From Octopus sinensis (taxonomy: Eukaryota), in NCBI RefSeq assembly GCF_006345805.1, contig NC_042998.1, positions 43,586,001 through 43,650,000 on the forward strand: a DNA stretch of 64,000 nt, given 5' to 3'. Of the stretch, positions 1-13,998 are shown piece after piece. Numbering within the stretch: the first letter of the stretch is position 1; every line of letters starts with the position of its first letter. Made by a program: the position numbers and the translations under genes. The notes below the pieces were generated by a model. It was not told the origin of the DNA and searched no databases. It worked only from the letters and a program-made list of their open reading frames with translations.

Positions 1-174
1 GAGAAAGTTGTGGTGAAAGTGTACAGCGGGGTTCACCACACACCTCCGCCGGAGCCTCGTGGAACTTAGGTGATTTTGCTCAATAAACACTCACAATGCC
101 CAATCTGGGAATCGAAACCGCGTTCTTACGACCGCGAGTCTGCTGCCCTAACCACTGGGCCATTGCGCCTCCAC
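1..174 (-). mobile_element. tRNA-head SINE, family A (5' half, cut by window edge)
   Basis: Reverse complement starts GTGGAGGCGCAATGGCCCAGTGGTTAGGGCAGC, with Pol III box A and box B (GGTTTCGATTCC). Closely matches the copy at 10598. Confidence 0.85.
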
Positions 175-1008
175 CTACTGCTGCTGCCCATGCAGAAGTC
201 GCTGTTGTGGCTGTTTCGGTTTCTGTTTGTCAGTTATTATAGTTGCGACACACGTCGTTGTTGTTATTACGATTATTATTGTAGTTAGTGGTAGTAGTAC
301 AATTTGCTGCTTCGTTTATTATTATCAATATTGTTTTCGTTGACAACAAGGTTTTTTTTTTCTTTTTGCTTTAGTAGTTATAGTAGTTGTTGCTTCTTCC
401 CCCACAATTTACTACAAAAAATAATTGACATTATGACAATATAATTTTTTTTCTTATCTACAAAAGCCTACACAATTTGTTACCATTTGGTTTGTTACCA
501 TTTGTAGATACTGAATTATTTCTAAACACGCACGCACACACGAACACACAAACACGTCGACACATGCGCATTCACTCGCTCACTCAGTTACACACACTCT
601 CATAAGCACACAATTAAAAACAAGTATATGTATCAATACGTTTGCATAGAAACATCATCGTCACACAAGCCGATATATAAGCGTGTGATAGATGTGTGTT
701 TGTGTATGTGCATGTATATCCTTTTATCTATGTATGTGTGTATGTAAGTATGAATGTATGTATGTGTCTATATAGAGAGATATTTACACGCATATCTACA
801 TATATATGGATGTGTTTATGTATGTACGTATACATATATGAACTTCTACAGATAAAGAAACACGTATACTTGTGTTCATATCAGCCTGTATACATGCTGA
901 TATTGATAAATTCCCACACTCATCACAAGTTTTCCCACGAATTATATCGATAAAATAAATACCTTTTATTTGTTCATTCTTGCTTTTTAGGTAATATTTC
1001 TTCCCATC

Positions 1009-1405
1009 AAGACGGCGATTTGGCAGAAACGTTAGCACGCCGGGCGAAATGCTGAGCGGTATTTCGTCTGCCGCTACGTTCTGAGTTCAAATTCTGCCGA
1101 GGTCAACTTTGCCTTTCATCCTTTCGAGGTCGATTAAATAAGTACCAGTTACGCACTGGGGTTGATGTAATCGACTTAATCCGTTTGTCTCTCCTTGTTT
1201 GTCCTCTCTGTGGTTAGCACCTTGTGGGTAGTAAAGAAATAGGTATTTCGTTCTGAGTTCAAATTCTGCCGAGGTCGACTTTGCCTTTCATCCTTTCGGA
1301 GACGATAAATTAAGTACCAGTTGTGTACAGGGTTCGATCTAATTGACTGGCTCCTACCTACCCTCCAAAATTTCGGGCCTTGTGCCTAGAGTAGAAAAGA
1401 ATATT
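1009..1405 (+). mobile_element. SINE family B, tandem dimer (full copy plus 5'-truncated copy with a different tail)
   Basis: Head AAGACGGCG..GCAGAAACGTTAGCACGCCGG, box B-like GAGTTCAAATTC and core GCCTTTCATCCTTTCG..GTCGAT..TAAGTACCAG. The core occurs twice, near 1100 and near 1280. Confidence 0.85.
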
Positions 1406-1539
1406 TCTTTCCAAGTTTATACTCGGAGTAAACAGAGCACAGTAATATATAGTTCTATTGTTTTATATTCACTATACATAATATGTATAGTGATTGATTG
1501 GTCCTTCTCTGGTCTCAATTCTGCAGCCCTTATCGCATC

Positions 1540-1660
1540 GACATGACGTCGCCAGTTTTAGTCTTTCTGTCGTTGTCACAGGAAGTGCTCTGATGTTGCG
1601 CCATCTTGTTTGACTCGAAACTCACAGTGTCTTCGTTCAAATGCTGTTGTACTTCCGCAA
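1540..1660. promoter_or_regulatory. Possible housekeeping-type promoter motif cluster
   Basis: TGACGTC (CRE-like, 1544), CAGGAAGTG (ETS-like, 1579), GCGCCATCTTG (YY1-like, 1598) and ACTTCCGC (1651) lie within 120 bp of non-repetitive sequence. Motif inspection only. Confidence 0.3.
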
Positions 1661-1829
1661 ATAAGGATGTTTTTCTACAGTCGTAGCTTTTCCGTCAAAT
1701 TGCCAGATTTTGGAACACTCTTCCATTTCATTGTTTTTCCCACTTCTCATGACTTGAACTCTTTCAAGTTTAAAATAAATTCATTCGTTTCGTTAAATTT
1801 CTGCTTCTTCATAGTCTCTTACACTAAAT

Positions 1830-1853
1830 GGCTTCTCACCTTGTTTGGGACTT

Positions 1854-1889
<36 letters not shown>

Positions 1890-1919
1890 AACGGGCTTCT
1901 CACCTTGTTTGGGACTTTA

Positions 1920-1996
<77 letters not shown>
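1830..1996. repeat. (TAG)n microsatellite with duplicated 24-bp unique flank
   Basis: GGCTTCTCACCTTGTTTGGGACTT occurs at 1830 and 1894, each time followed by a TAG array. Confidence 0.9.
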
Positions 1997-3119
1997 TCTG
2001 ATCGTGGAAAAGAAACAGGTTTCTCAACCTGTATTGTTCTTCTAGTATCAATGTTTTCTCTTGAAGTGATGTACAACACAAAACTAATCGAATATTAAAC
2101 AGAATTGAATTTACGCAGCTATCCTTATATTTCAGTCTAGAAAGGTCATAAAAATCGGTGGACATCTTCTATTTTTCGGGAAGCGGCATAAAACAATATA
2201 TTTGGTGATAGTTTCATGCGATGCAAAACAAGTGTATATTTTTATTTAATTTCTACACTGATATATTGACTAATAAATAAATACAAATTAGAACTATATA
2301 AGATTGCTAAGATTTGTTATCTGATAACGATGTTTGCAGAGAGCATCAACACTTTTTAGTTTACAGTATCTATCTTCCTAATCTATACTTTTAATAAAGA
2401 ATGTGAATATTTTTTCTCTGATCTGATTTTCATAAACACATACTTACATTTCTTCATCTAATTTCCAAGCAATGAATAAAGTTTATTTGCTATTGAATTA
2501 AATAAGATATGTTATCAGAAAACAGTAGGAACCTTTTATTTTGTATGGATGTATATTAGATAAAATGAAGCGTAAGTAATCTAAATCAAATTTCGATGTT
2601 TTGCTTTCCGTTTTACTTGTAACTCTGCCATATTTCAATATGGGATTCTGTACTTGTAAAACAAAGAGATAAAATATATCACACAAAACGTGACGACAGA
2701 CATCTTGCTTTAATATTCTGTGGACTAAAACTAATTTCAAGAAATTGGTACGAATCGATAGACAAATATAATTAATATCCTCAACCATATTAGGTCATAA
2801 AAGCAGTCGTTTCGTCGTTTTACCTGTGTGAAAAGTTAGTAATGTTTATTGTCAAAAGGTCGCCATCTGTCGTCTGCCAGCAATTTACCTATATTAAATT
2901 GTTCAGAGGAGAAATATAAATACATTTGAAGCAGCTGTTCCCAACATTTAATATAAAATGATCTTTCAACGAAGAGGTTAACAAACTCTAAAATAAAACC
3001 GCAATCACTCATGCATAAATACTTATGTGTGTATGTGTATGTATGTGTATGTGACTGCATATATATGTGTGGCCGGGAGGTGAAATTTTTTTCCCACCAG
3101 AGATCAGAACCCCACTTAT

Positions 3120-3150
3120 GAACTTATTTGCATACAACCAATCAGAGCTC
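3120..3150. promoter_or_regulatory. Octamer plus CCAAT box pair
   Basis: ATTTGCAT (3126) is followed closely by CCAATCAG (3138). Confidence 0.25.
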
Positions 3151-3835
3151 AACTATCAAACAAGTGTGCACCTAGACACGAAAATGCTCTGGTTGAGTTC
3201 AGTGGAAAATATGCGTTATAGGAAAATCTAACTGTTCTAAATGGGTTAATAGGGGTGACAAATGTGAAATTTAGTGTATAAAGTGAACGGAGAGCTGCTC
3301 ACCGATGTTGCCCTGGTGTTGCCAATTTGCCTAATTTACTACAAAATGTAAATGAGTGTAGTTTCCTAATTTTTTGACTAATTTTGTACATTCTTAATTT
3401 AAAATATTGGTGTTGATCTGGAAACATCGTAATCAATATGTTGTGTCGTATCGCGCCCTCCTTGCATATATCAATGCTCGAAATGAGGGATAGATAGACA
3501 GCCGACAACTGATGAAGGATCGTTCTCTGTTTACTAGTCCTATTTACCATTTTTCTCTCGTTGTTTGCGTATTTAACACGTTTGTTTTCGTACTTTATGT
3601 TGTTTACACAGTTGGTGACGTTCTCTACCCATATATGCACATATATATAGGGAAAGTTTACGAAAAAAACAAAAGACGAAGACAGGCGGTGTACAAAACA
3701 AACAGACGTATTAGTATAACGCTCAGGAATAGAAAAAGTCCTTTACGTTTTGAGCCTATGCTCTTCTACAGAAAAAGACACAGAAAAAACAAGGAGGGAA
3801 ACAAGGAGAGAAAAAATGTGTGTAGTGGCTAACGA

Positions 3836-3851
3836 TTTATATGTATATATA

Positions 3852-3944
<93 letters not shown>

Positions 3945-3950
3945 TATATT
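3836..3950. repeat. (TA)n microsatellite
   Basis: Direct inspection. One of many (TA)n arrays; others lie near 10400-10540, 24945-25200, 33380-33500 and 62640-62950. Confidence 0.95.
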
Positions 3951-4103
3951 ATTTATTTATATTATTATATAAAACATTTAGGTGAAAGAGTACTCGATAT
4001 GTGTGCTGGGGTTAACCTATTACTCTGTAGATAGTGATACGCTCAGAGAGTCTCTTTGTGTCTTCTAAAGTTACCAAAAAGTTTTCACACCCTTACACGC
4101 TCT

Positions 4104-4159
<56 letters not shown>

Positions 4160-4608
4160 TGCACACACGCACATAGACGTGCGCGCACACACACACATGC
4201 ACACTACTCGTACAACTACATCTGTATATACAAGTAAATGCCGAGTGGATAACATAAAACTTGATATTGATTTAATTGATTGAACAATATCTCTGATTAC
4301 AATAACATTATTTGCACATGCTGGAGCATTGTTTGTTTAAATATATTATTACCAAGGCCATCGATGAAACCATACGGTTGCAGTCTGATCTATTGTGGAA
4401 AACTGTAGTAGATTTTCGCCTGAGAGAATTTATTATAAAAACCTTCTTTCCCCATTAAATGAAATGATAAATGATTGTTGTTACACTTCAGAGAAATTAG
4501 GTTAGAACGTTGCTTTCTTCTCACTTTTCTTCAAATATTCGTAATAAATGATATTCATTAAATAGGGACTTGCACTGTTTTAATTCACGGACATTATCAT
4601 CAGCTTCT

Positions 4609-4644
<36 letters not shown>

Positions 4645-4840
4645 ATTGTATATATGTATATATACGCATATATATACGTATATAATGTACAATAGGTAGC
4701 GAACAAGTTTTTCTTATGCTCTTTCAACTGTATGTAGTATATATGCGCGTGAGTGTGTGTGTGAAGAGTGTGTGTGCGTGCTTGTGTATTTACGCATGTA
4801 TGTATACGTGTGTGTGTGTATATATATGTATTTGTATGTA

Positions 4841-4871
<31 letters not shown>

Positions 4872-5299
4872 ACATGTGTAGGCGTGCGTGGGCGTGTATA
4901 TGATTTATAGTTTATGAAAGCTGATACGTCAAGAATGTTTATCTTAGCTTTTCGTGGCCAATTTTCAGTCGATTATGTAAAATAGAAGGAAGTGTTTAGT
5001 GCATTTAAGCAGAGAAAATGTTTGAAAAGGCTTCAACATAAATTAAAACGTTGATTCGACGAAATCTGAAAGGGAATATGATTGGTTAGCTGCATAACTC
5101 GAATTTGAAAACTCTGAAAGTATTCGCATAACGTAATCTCTCTCCCATTACGGAACCATCAGTATTAGAATGGTTTGAATGAGTTCACGACAAACATTTC
5201 TGCAAATTAGCTCAGTCAGATATTATAGAATTCAATTCCTCTGTAACTTTCGGATGTGTGATTAACAAAGCATGTGTTGCAATACTGACGGTGATTTGT

Positions 5300-6205
5300 T
5301 TTCAAGATCCCTTAACTGATGCAGCCAGTCGTTGGGTCGCTACTCTAGGCATTTTATCGCCACTGGTTACTGTTTTCTGACATGCATAGCAAGTTCTCTG
5401 TGTTGTGACCTGGCCGGGCCTTGATGCCGTCAAACTGGGATTTTCTCTGACTGCCTTCTTTCGATGTCCCTCAACGGTACCCTGAAGATTGGTTTCGGGT
5501 AGGAAGATGAGGCGAGATACATGATCATACCAGGCAAGCTTCCGTCTTTTTACATGTGCAAGGAGTGGTTCATGTCTGCCAACCTTTCTGATAAAGTTGT
5601 TCCTTTTGTGCTCTGTGTCCTGGATGTTTGATAACCTTCTGTTCAAATAACTGGATTCCTCGCTCCGTGTCAGCAGTAAGAGTTCAGCTCTCACGTCCAT
5701 ACAAAAGAATCGAAATCAACAGGGTCTTACACACTCTGAATCGTGTTGGAAAACTAATGAAATTACTTTTACATTTGTTCTTAAGCTTTGTCATGGCAGC
5801 AGAAGCTAGGCCGAGTAAACCTAAGTACATGAAGGTGTCCACTTCACCAAGTCTCTCTCCATTGGTTGCTGCATTTTGGTTGTTACTATGAGAGCCATGA
5901 TCTTGCTTTTTTCTGGGCTAAACTCCATCCAGTATGCACCTGATACTTTTTTCCAGTCTGGTAGTGAGCTCCTGCTGTTCTGCTTTACTGCTTCCTAACA
6001 GGTCAATATCATCAGCAACGCGCAGATTTACGCAAATATTTATCTGCAAATCATCCTGATTGAGTAGACGAATCATAAAGCCATTTTAGCCGTGACTACT
6101 CGGTCTTTTTTGTACTGATGAACGCATGAACTCGATATACAGGATGCATGAGTTTATGTTATTAGCTCTCCTCCACACTGTGATAAAGGCCGTGCAAACC
6201 TGATC
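5300..6205 (-). mobile_element. RTE-clade LINE, 5'-truncated and degenerate (RT C-terminus and 3' end)
   Basis: Minus-strand frames give NLRVADDIDLL, EVDTFMYLG and LLAHVKRRKLAWYDHVSR..NLQGTVEGHR. These are typical RTE/BovB-like motifs, here broken by frameshifts. Confidence 0.85.
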
Positions 6206-7979
6206 TGGTTGTAATTAGAGGTATTAGGCTTTCTGTGTTGGTTTTCTACTTCAATGTGGAACGTGAATGTCGTATATAGTGATGACATTTTAGTCCCACA
6301 AAGGTATTTGGGGCCATATTGTATTAGAATACAACGTATGAATTTCTGTAGGTCGATATCTACAAGAAAATACGGAATCGGGCAGAATCACTGAACTTTG
6401 TAACCATAGGAAAAGGGTGTTTGAGTAAAGATTTTTCCTTGTTGAAGGTAGCAAAATCGCTTTTTGACATTGCGAAATATGAGAAACTATTACGGTAGAT
6501 TTTGTTTTACTAAATCTTACTAGTCATTGTATTGGGTGAAAACTCATATGATAAAAAAAGGAAATGGTTAAGACTGATACTTTCACCCGTCAGATTTCGG
6601 AAGTAAAGTTGGTAGGTCGGTTGTTTACAGGATGAGACAATTTCCCTTCCTTGGGAATGGAACAGCAGCGTGCTCCCATAGATTAAGATAGATACAAGTT
6701 GAGAAACATTGGCGAGTTTGGTGTACATCAGAACCGTATCTATCAATGATACTAGCAAATAAACAGAATGCCTGTTAGACATGTGAAGTGTGAGAGCTTG
6801 TAGGTTCTGCGATTCACGGGCACTTTCTTTTCTTTTATGATCGTAGATTTCAAGGCATTGCTGTGCTGGGAAAACTTCCCTAGATGCAAATGGATTTGAT
6901 TCCATCTATGTACATAGTATGCTACAGATCTATAAGTGAATCAGTTGAAAGTTTGGTGCTTGTGAAGTTGGTTGTGTGAAAGATGTGAAACGACTTTCTT
7001 AGGGTTGTTTTAGTTGCCCCTCTGTATGCCTCTCTTGCGTCAAAGGAGAAACTCATTTAGAGCCAGGAGTTGCCAGCGAAAAATAGTGATGTACCGACTT
7101 CTTAGCTGACATAAGTCAAGTTTTGATGCGCAGTAGAAAATAGATGTAAGTTGGTTTCAGAAATATAAGAAATACATATTTTGACCTAATGGGGTTATGA
7201 TAACAGCTACAGCAAAGTAAGATCTGAGTTTAGAGGAAATATATAAATGAAGTGTCGGTGGACTAGTCAGATATTAAGGCCGATGTGAACACTCTCTTGA
7301 CAAATTGTATATAATGAGCTTGCCCAAGTTCCGAAATGGATTTTATCCATTTAAGTGCATATTCACTTTTTTTAGAGAAAACATATATTTCATTTAGATT
7401 CGTAAATTATGAAATTTTGGTTCTTTACTTGTGAAACGTTTCTTGCATAGATATTTGGATATTCATTAATGCTATGAAATACAACCGACATTGGCGTTTG
7501 TAATTTTTATGTTTTAAGGATATTTTTATCGCAATTTTTGAACATTTTATGCACTTGCTTTCATAACGACATAACCGTATTTTCATATATTAAGAGTTGA
7601 ATATTGTCATTAATTTATATTCTTTTTACTGCTATGTATATTTGCAGATATGATGCGTATTTCCTTCCAAGCTTTTGTAAATTTCTTTCCAAATATTATG
7701 GTCATATATAATATATTCTATTTGATTCATATACTTTATGGGTGCTTCTGGCAGTGTATAATCCAGAGGTAACTGTTGTCCTTTTAAATCTATGTCAGCC
7801 CGAGTTGTGTACACCGGTGCTCGAAGGAATTCCGACTACTGCCATTCTATCTATTTTTCGCGAATAGGCTATGTGGTGCTAGATAGCACAGTGTAACCTT
7901 CCCTTCTTTTAAAGACAGTTAGTCCACGTTACTCTGCAGGGAGCATAGGACCGGTATCTTGGTTTCTCTGGAATATATA

Positions 7980-9243
7980 CAAGGGTCGGTTGAAAGCTTT
8001 ATAGACTAACCAATATACTCTCATGGAAAGGAACTAAATGAGGTTTGTTTTTCAACATACATAATCCCCCTTGCGGTTCACACACTTCTTCTATCAGTGT
8101 TGCAGTGCTTGAATCCAATCAGTCAAAAAAGTTTCATTCGGTTCTTCAAAAAAGGTCATCAACAGGAGATATGACATCATCATCACGGCGATATTAGTTC
8201 CCAGCCAAGTGTTTTTTTCATGTTGGGGAACAAATGATAGTCAGATGTAGTGAAATCAGGAATGTAAGGAAGGTGATCAACTAGTTCAAAGCCACGGTCA
8301 CAGCAGCCATTGAAACCGAGGACATTAGCTGGAGCATTGTCCTGATGAAGTAAGACACCTTTCGTCAGTTCTCCTGGGCGTTTGGTCCTGATAGCCTTTC
8401 GTAAGCGCTTCTGCAAGTTGGCATAGTACTCTCCATTGAATGTCTGGTCATTTGAAGATAGTCAATAAGCACAATGCTTTTTGCATCCCAAAAAACCGAG
8501 GCCATCACCTTCCCTGCAGATGAAACGACCTTGGCCTTCATTGGAGCAGGTGAGTGGGATGCGCCATAGCATGGATTGTGTCTTTCTCTCTGGCTTAACC
8601 CAACACTTATCCTGGGTTAGAAAACGTTCACGAAAACCAGCTGCATCTACCTCAAATGATGTCAGATTTTCTCGTGGTATGATCAGCCTGATGCGCTTTG
8701 GATCAGGTGCCAAAAGACGTTGCATCTACCAAGCAGAAATCTTCGTCATGCTATGTTAATTGTGCAGAATATTCTCTCGCAAGATATGCTAACAGCATTG
8801 ACTATTTCATTTATAGTTAACCACTTGTCATCCATCACCATGTGGTGAATACAATCATTGTTTCCCTCAGTCGTGGCAGTTGCAGGACGTCCAGACCTTG
8901 AGTCATCTTCAAGACTCTCCGTTCCCCTTTTAATTTCAGTCCCCCACTTTTGCACTGTTGATAATGCTGCAGCGTCATCCCACTAATATAGTAACCATGT
9001 CAACATGTATATCCTTGGAGGGAAAACCCTTTTTCTGCAGGTACTTGATAACTCCACGATGCTGAATTTTGTCCATTTTCAAGAGGAGTCGCTCTTTGAA
9101 ATCTTCTTTGAAAACTGAGATGTCAGTTTACCTGGAAAGACACAATGTACTTATTAATAAGATTTGAAATTAATGCATGCAAGATTTCAGAGCTGTAGCA
9201 TCATTCGACATAGTCAGCCTATGAACTTTTCTGCCCACCCTCG
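7980..9243 (-). mobile_element. Near full-length mariner (DD34D) relic, irritans-like
   Basis: TA dinucleotide on both sides and degenerate TIRs (CAAGGGTCGGTTGAAAGC.. / CGAGGGTGGGCAGAAAAG..). Fragmented transposase: SLEDDSRSGRP, RLLAPDPKRIR, LLHQDNAP, HLPYIPDFTTSDYHLF. Confidence 0.9.
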
Positions 9244-9296
9244 TATATTCCTACCTGGACAAGACGTCGGTCACATAATTATTGAGCTTTATAAGC

Positions 9297-9418
9297 TCAG
9301 TGGACTGGAGCTACATGAAGGGAAGTGTTTTGCTCAAGAACACACCGCTTCGCCCGGTTCAGGAATCGAAACTAAAATCTTGCTTTCATGAGTCCAACGT
9401 CCTAACCACTAAGCCATC
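9297..9418 (-). mobile_element. SINE family A fragment (head)
   Basis: Reverse complement matches the head and GTGTTCTTGAGCAAAACACTTC segment of the copy at 48894. Confidence 0.7.
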
Positions 9419-10412
9419 TTTCAAAGATGTTTCAGAGTAATTCGATAGGCATTTGGCTGCTGTTTACAGCAGATCGAGCAACAATGAGAAAAAAACAGTG
9501 TTCGTTCGTCGGTTATCGTAATCACGCAATCAAAATTATATGGCTGCAATTCCATGTAGACTGCTTGTAAGAATGTGTAACATAGCGCAATCAAAGAACA
9601 ATCGCAAATCTTGAAACTGTTTTTTTTTCTCAGTTTCATTAGCGTTAGATTGCGTTAAGGTGATAATGGGGCTGCGTATGGCAACACAACGTTAGCATAT
9701 ACTTCACATTTGCTTCAACGAATACATCTAAAGATTCCATCTGCATCAATGATAAGACCACATGAACGCATGCGCATATGCGTGCATTATGTGCATGTGA
9801 TTTCAAACATCAAGATGTGTGTACACTTAATATGCAAATACATTTATGGCATTGTGTATATGTGTATGCGTTTACATGTGCATAATGTTCAACAGCTGCA
9901 AGTGATTGAAAAACTGCATTATTATTATTGCCAAAACTATATAACAGCTGAACTAACAAGAGAGGCTATGTGCAGCTTTCAACCGACTAGAAACAGCAGC
10001 CAAAATTTCTGAAATAAAGCTAACATTCTTTTAAGGCGCTAACCACTGAAATGGTTTTGGTCATTCATCTATTCACTGTGTGACGACATGGTTTCAAATG
10101 ATGATAGCAGCAGCTAAAAATCACTCTCGTTACGATCCTTGTCTTCATTTATCTCACAATTCTTTTTAGTATAATTCCTTGGTTTGACGTAGTCTTAGTT
10201 AAAAACACTTCTGTTATTATCACAGCAACTACCACCGTCACCACAACAACACCAGCACCACAACCACATTTCCACATAACATCATCACCACGACGACCAC
10301 CACGATCACTATCACCAAGCACCTGTATGAACCTAAGCACTGCAGCCGTACCACGACCTTATTATAAATATTAGGTATGTGTACGTATGCATATTTCATA
10401 TACATATATATA

Positions 10413-10504
<92 letters not shown>

Positions 10505-10515
10505 TATATATATAT

Positions 10516-10588
<73 letters not shown>

Positions 10589-10597
10589 GCGTGTGTA

Positions 10598-10918
10598 GTG
10601 GAGGCGCAATGGCCCAGTGGTTAGGGCAGCGGACTCGCGGCCGGAGGATCGCGGTTTCGATTCCCAGACCGGGCGTTGTGTGTGTTTATTGAGCGAAAAC
10701 ACCTAAAGTTCCGCGAGGCTCCGGAAGAGGGTGGGAGTGGCGACCCCTGTTGTACTCTTTTGTCCCAACTTTCTCTCACTCTTTCTTCCTGTTTCTTGAG
10801 TAACGCTGCGATGGGCTGGCGTCCAGTTAGCCGGGGGGAACACATACGCCATAGAAACCGGGAAAATGAGCCTGGCTAGGCTTGAAAAGGGCACATAAAA
10901 AAATAAATAAATAAATAA
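10598..10918 (+). mobile_element. tRNA-head SINE, family A, full length
   Basis: Box A and box B tRNA-like head, a GCTGCGATGGGCTGGCGTCCAGT segment resembling the V-SINE central domain, and an (AAAT)n tail. Confidence 0.85.
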
Positions 10919-11232
10919 TGTATTTATGTATGTATGTATGTGTGTGTGTGCATGTATATATATGTACTCTCTCTCTCTCGCATGGTCACGCACACATACG
11001 CACAGATATTCATGCATCCTCCTTAATCCAATGAAAATCGCTGAGATGATTAGAAGAGAATGTTTTTGCGGAATACGAAGGATTAGTATTTTAAAAAATG
11101 GTGATTAAATTAAAAACCAGGCAAAACGTTGATATATAGACAGCAGTTAAATTTATTTCTGTTTTTGTTATGAAAAACGAAAACTGTTATTAGAAACAAA
11201 ATTGCAAACCACCTTAGAAACAGAAAACCAAT

Positions 11233-11436
11233 AATCCTTCCTATGGTATCGACAAGGCTTGAAGCTTTGGGGGACAGAGATAGTCGATCATATTAACCCC
11301 AATACACAACAAGTACTTATTTTATCGACACCGAAAGGATGAAAGGCAAGGTTAACTTCGACAAATTTTGAACTCAGAACAAAAAGCTGGAAGAATTGCC
11401 ACTTAGCATTGTGTCCGTCGTGGTCATGATTCTGCC
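11233..11436 (-). mobile_element. SINE family B, diverged
   Basis: GAAAGGATGAAAGGCAAG..TTTGAACTCAGAAC on the plus strand is the reverse complement of the B core. Confidence 0.75.
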
Positions 11437-11919
11437 TTTAACAGAACATTCGTAATACTGGGACTATTAATGCGGCACCAAAGCAGTAAACTGTCAGATA
11501 CGTAAGAGCCTCGGATGTATTTAGTAAAGATGAATAGCATAAAGGATACAGATCGAAGGCAGCTCAAAGCTGTTATAATCATTTGAGTCCGAAACACAAG
11601 TCATCACAAAATACCAGAGTTCAAACGCAGAGCTGTAACAAATAGCTGAATATACATATCAGTTCTTAAAGATAAGTGATGTTCCTTGGTTCATTGCAAA
11701 TCCTCGAAAGACGATCAAAACAAAAGGGAGGTCACTCTTACCTCTTCCCTCTTGTGTTGTTGTTGACTGTTTATGTCGTCGTTCTGCCTGTTATTTCAGC
11801 AGCCGCCGAGAAAGACAAAATGACACTTAAAATGACACTTGTCATTCTAAAGTGAGCTAGTGATAAACATTAGTCGTCTCTGTTCCTGGTCATCTCGCCA
11901 AGCTCCCTTCACCAACTAA

Positions 11920-13640
11920 ATTCTTTATTGCCAATACATGGCTAGCATAGAGGGGACCGCACAAGGACAAGACAAAAGCATTTAGGGATTGGGGTTATAC
12001 ATTAGTTAGTCGGGGTAAAAATCAAGTATAATGAAATCGAAATGATGAATCAAATTAAAATGAATTAAAAATTAAATGATAATATATAGTCTTTTCCGGG
12101 TTTGTGTTAAACCCACTGGGTTTTTTTCCTTTTTTTCCTCTTTATAATTATTAATTTTTCGTTTTTTTCTTTTCCTTTCAGACCGGCTACACTAGCGCGG
12201 CCCCATTCACTCTCAGATTCCTTACGATATTAGTCCATCTTTTCTCAAATGTTCTTTGAGACAGACACCTCTTCTCCAGATTGATCTTCCTGGACAGGTG
12301 GTAGTTAAAAAAAATTAACCAACCCGTGTCCAGAGATAAAGTTGCCTGTCTCAGTTCCTCTTCCAAGCGTCACCCATATTATCTCTTTCAGAAAAATGGC
12401 GCCTCCTTTTCCTTGTTAAAGGAGGGTGGCGGTACAATATTGATGATAGACTCAGTTGATAACCGTACTCTTTCCATTTCCGACACCAGTTGTTCGACAT
12501 AGGTTATCAATCACCTCAGTTCCTCACAATGTACGAAGGCGTGCTTGACAGTTTCACTGACACGCCCGCACCTCAGGCATGTGGGTGGGGTACCAACACC
12601 ATGCCTTGACAACCTCTCTCGAACTGGCAAGGCCGACCGGTAGCACAACCAGACCAGGGATTTCTGGAAGTTATCCAGATACCTCGAGCCGAATGTTCTT
12701 CCGAACAGGTTCACAAGCTGGTACCCATCGAAGCCAGAACGTCGTTGGACATAAGCTCTACCAACCTGCTTTAAAAATCCGCAATGGTAGCCCCGCTGCC
12801 GGCATTGCTCGCTCAGAAGAACAGAGATAGTGCATGTCTGCACTCCCTCTGCCATTTGCTCATTTTCAGTCTTCGCGTGATCCATGTGCCTACGTCCCGC
12901 AGGGACATCAACTGTGATAGCAAGAACTTGACATGCAGTGACCACACCGGTTCACCATCCAGGTAGAGCCAGAGATGCCTCAGGCTCAGCGCATACTTGC
13001 GCATCATCACCCAAGGCATCCCTAATCCACCCTCTAACGGTTTCTGGCAGCAGATAACGCGTAGTAGTTTCCCATTCCACAAATAGCGGAAAGGATCCGT
13101 TCCAGCTTGGTCAACCACACACAGGGGAAAGGCACAACGGTTAGGCGGTAGGTTATCACAGATGCTATAAAACCAGTGCGACCTCAGCCCTCCCTAGCAA
13201 GGATAGCGTCCTCCCAGACCAGGTCTGTGTTATGGCCGTGACCTTGCTTATGACCTCGCTTCAGCTTTTCTCCATCTGGAGGTCCAGTCCAAACAAGACC
13301 CCGAGCAGTTTAACCGGGCCCTCCGTCCAACGTCCCACGAAGTTGTTGGGAGGCATCGCCTTGCCCCCCCAGGTGCCGAGTTGCAAGCGACTGATTTTTC
13401 CTGGTTAACTTTTGCTCCTGCCACCGCTTCATATCTTTTGATGGAGTCTTCTACACGAGGTAGCTACCTTTCATCAGACACGATGATGGTGACATCATCC
13501 GCATGTACCGTCGCTCCTCTACCATAATATAGATCACACGGGTCTCCCCCCGTAGCCTCCAACCTTCGCAGCAGTGGGTCAAGAACCAATACATACAGAG
13601 CGGGGACCGAACCGTCTGTATTTATGATTATCGTAACGCG
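11920..13640 (-). mobile_element. L1/Tx1-clade LINE, 5'-truncated and degenerate (RT second half, CCHC finger, 3' UTR)
   Basis: Minus-strand frames give LYVLVLDPLLRRL, VHADDVTIIV, GGLGMP and LVWLCYRSALPVRERL..CLRCG..ETVKHAFVHC. An AATAAA near 11925 may mark the 3' end. Confidence 0.85.
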
Positions 13641-13962
13641 GCAAGAAAGAGGGACATACCGCTCTAAAAACAACGGGAACTATTGTAGATAAAACGACCC
13701 GTCGAGTTATGGAACAACTTTCCTGAACCTTTTCGACAGTGTGTGGACAGTGACGGCAGGTACCCACATGACTGATTTAATTTTTAAAACCAAATGAGAC
13801 AAAATGGCATCATATGTACATTTCGAAAATAAGAACACATTTTTTGTTCTTTACTCTATTTTGTACTCATTAAACCTACAATTATGTCAGATTATTTGGC
13901 TGCATCCTGTATATATATACAACGAGAGTGAGAGAGAGAGTATGTGTGCGTGTGTGTGTGTA

Positions 13963-13998
<36 letters not shown>

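Noticed and set aside
6300-7330. Cys-rich broken frames suggesting an old transposon
   Set aside because: No motif could be assigned with confidence.
10400-10540. Recurrent single-base interruptions in (TA)n arrays (ATTA, TAAT) suggesting a pattern
   Set aside because: These are most simply long-read consensus errors or slippage; there is no consistent periodicity.
10598-10680. tRNA-like sequence (also at 100-174, 16596 and 48894)
   Set aside because: It lacks a complete cloverleaf and acceptor stem and runs straight into a conserved SINE body, so it is a SINE head rather than a tRNA gene.
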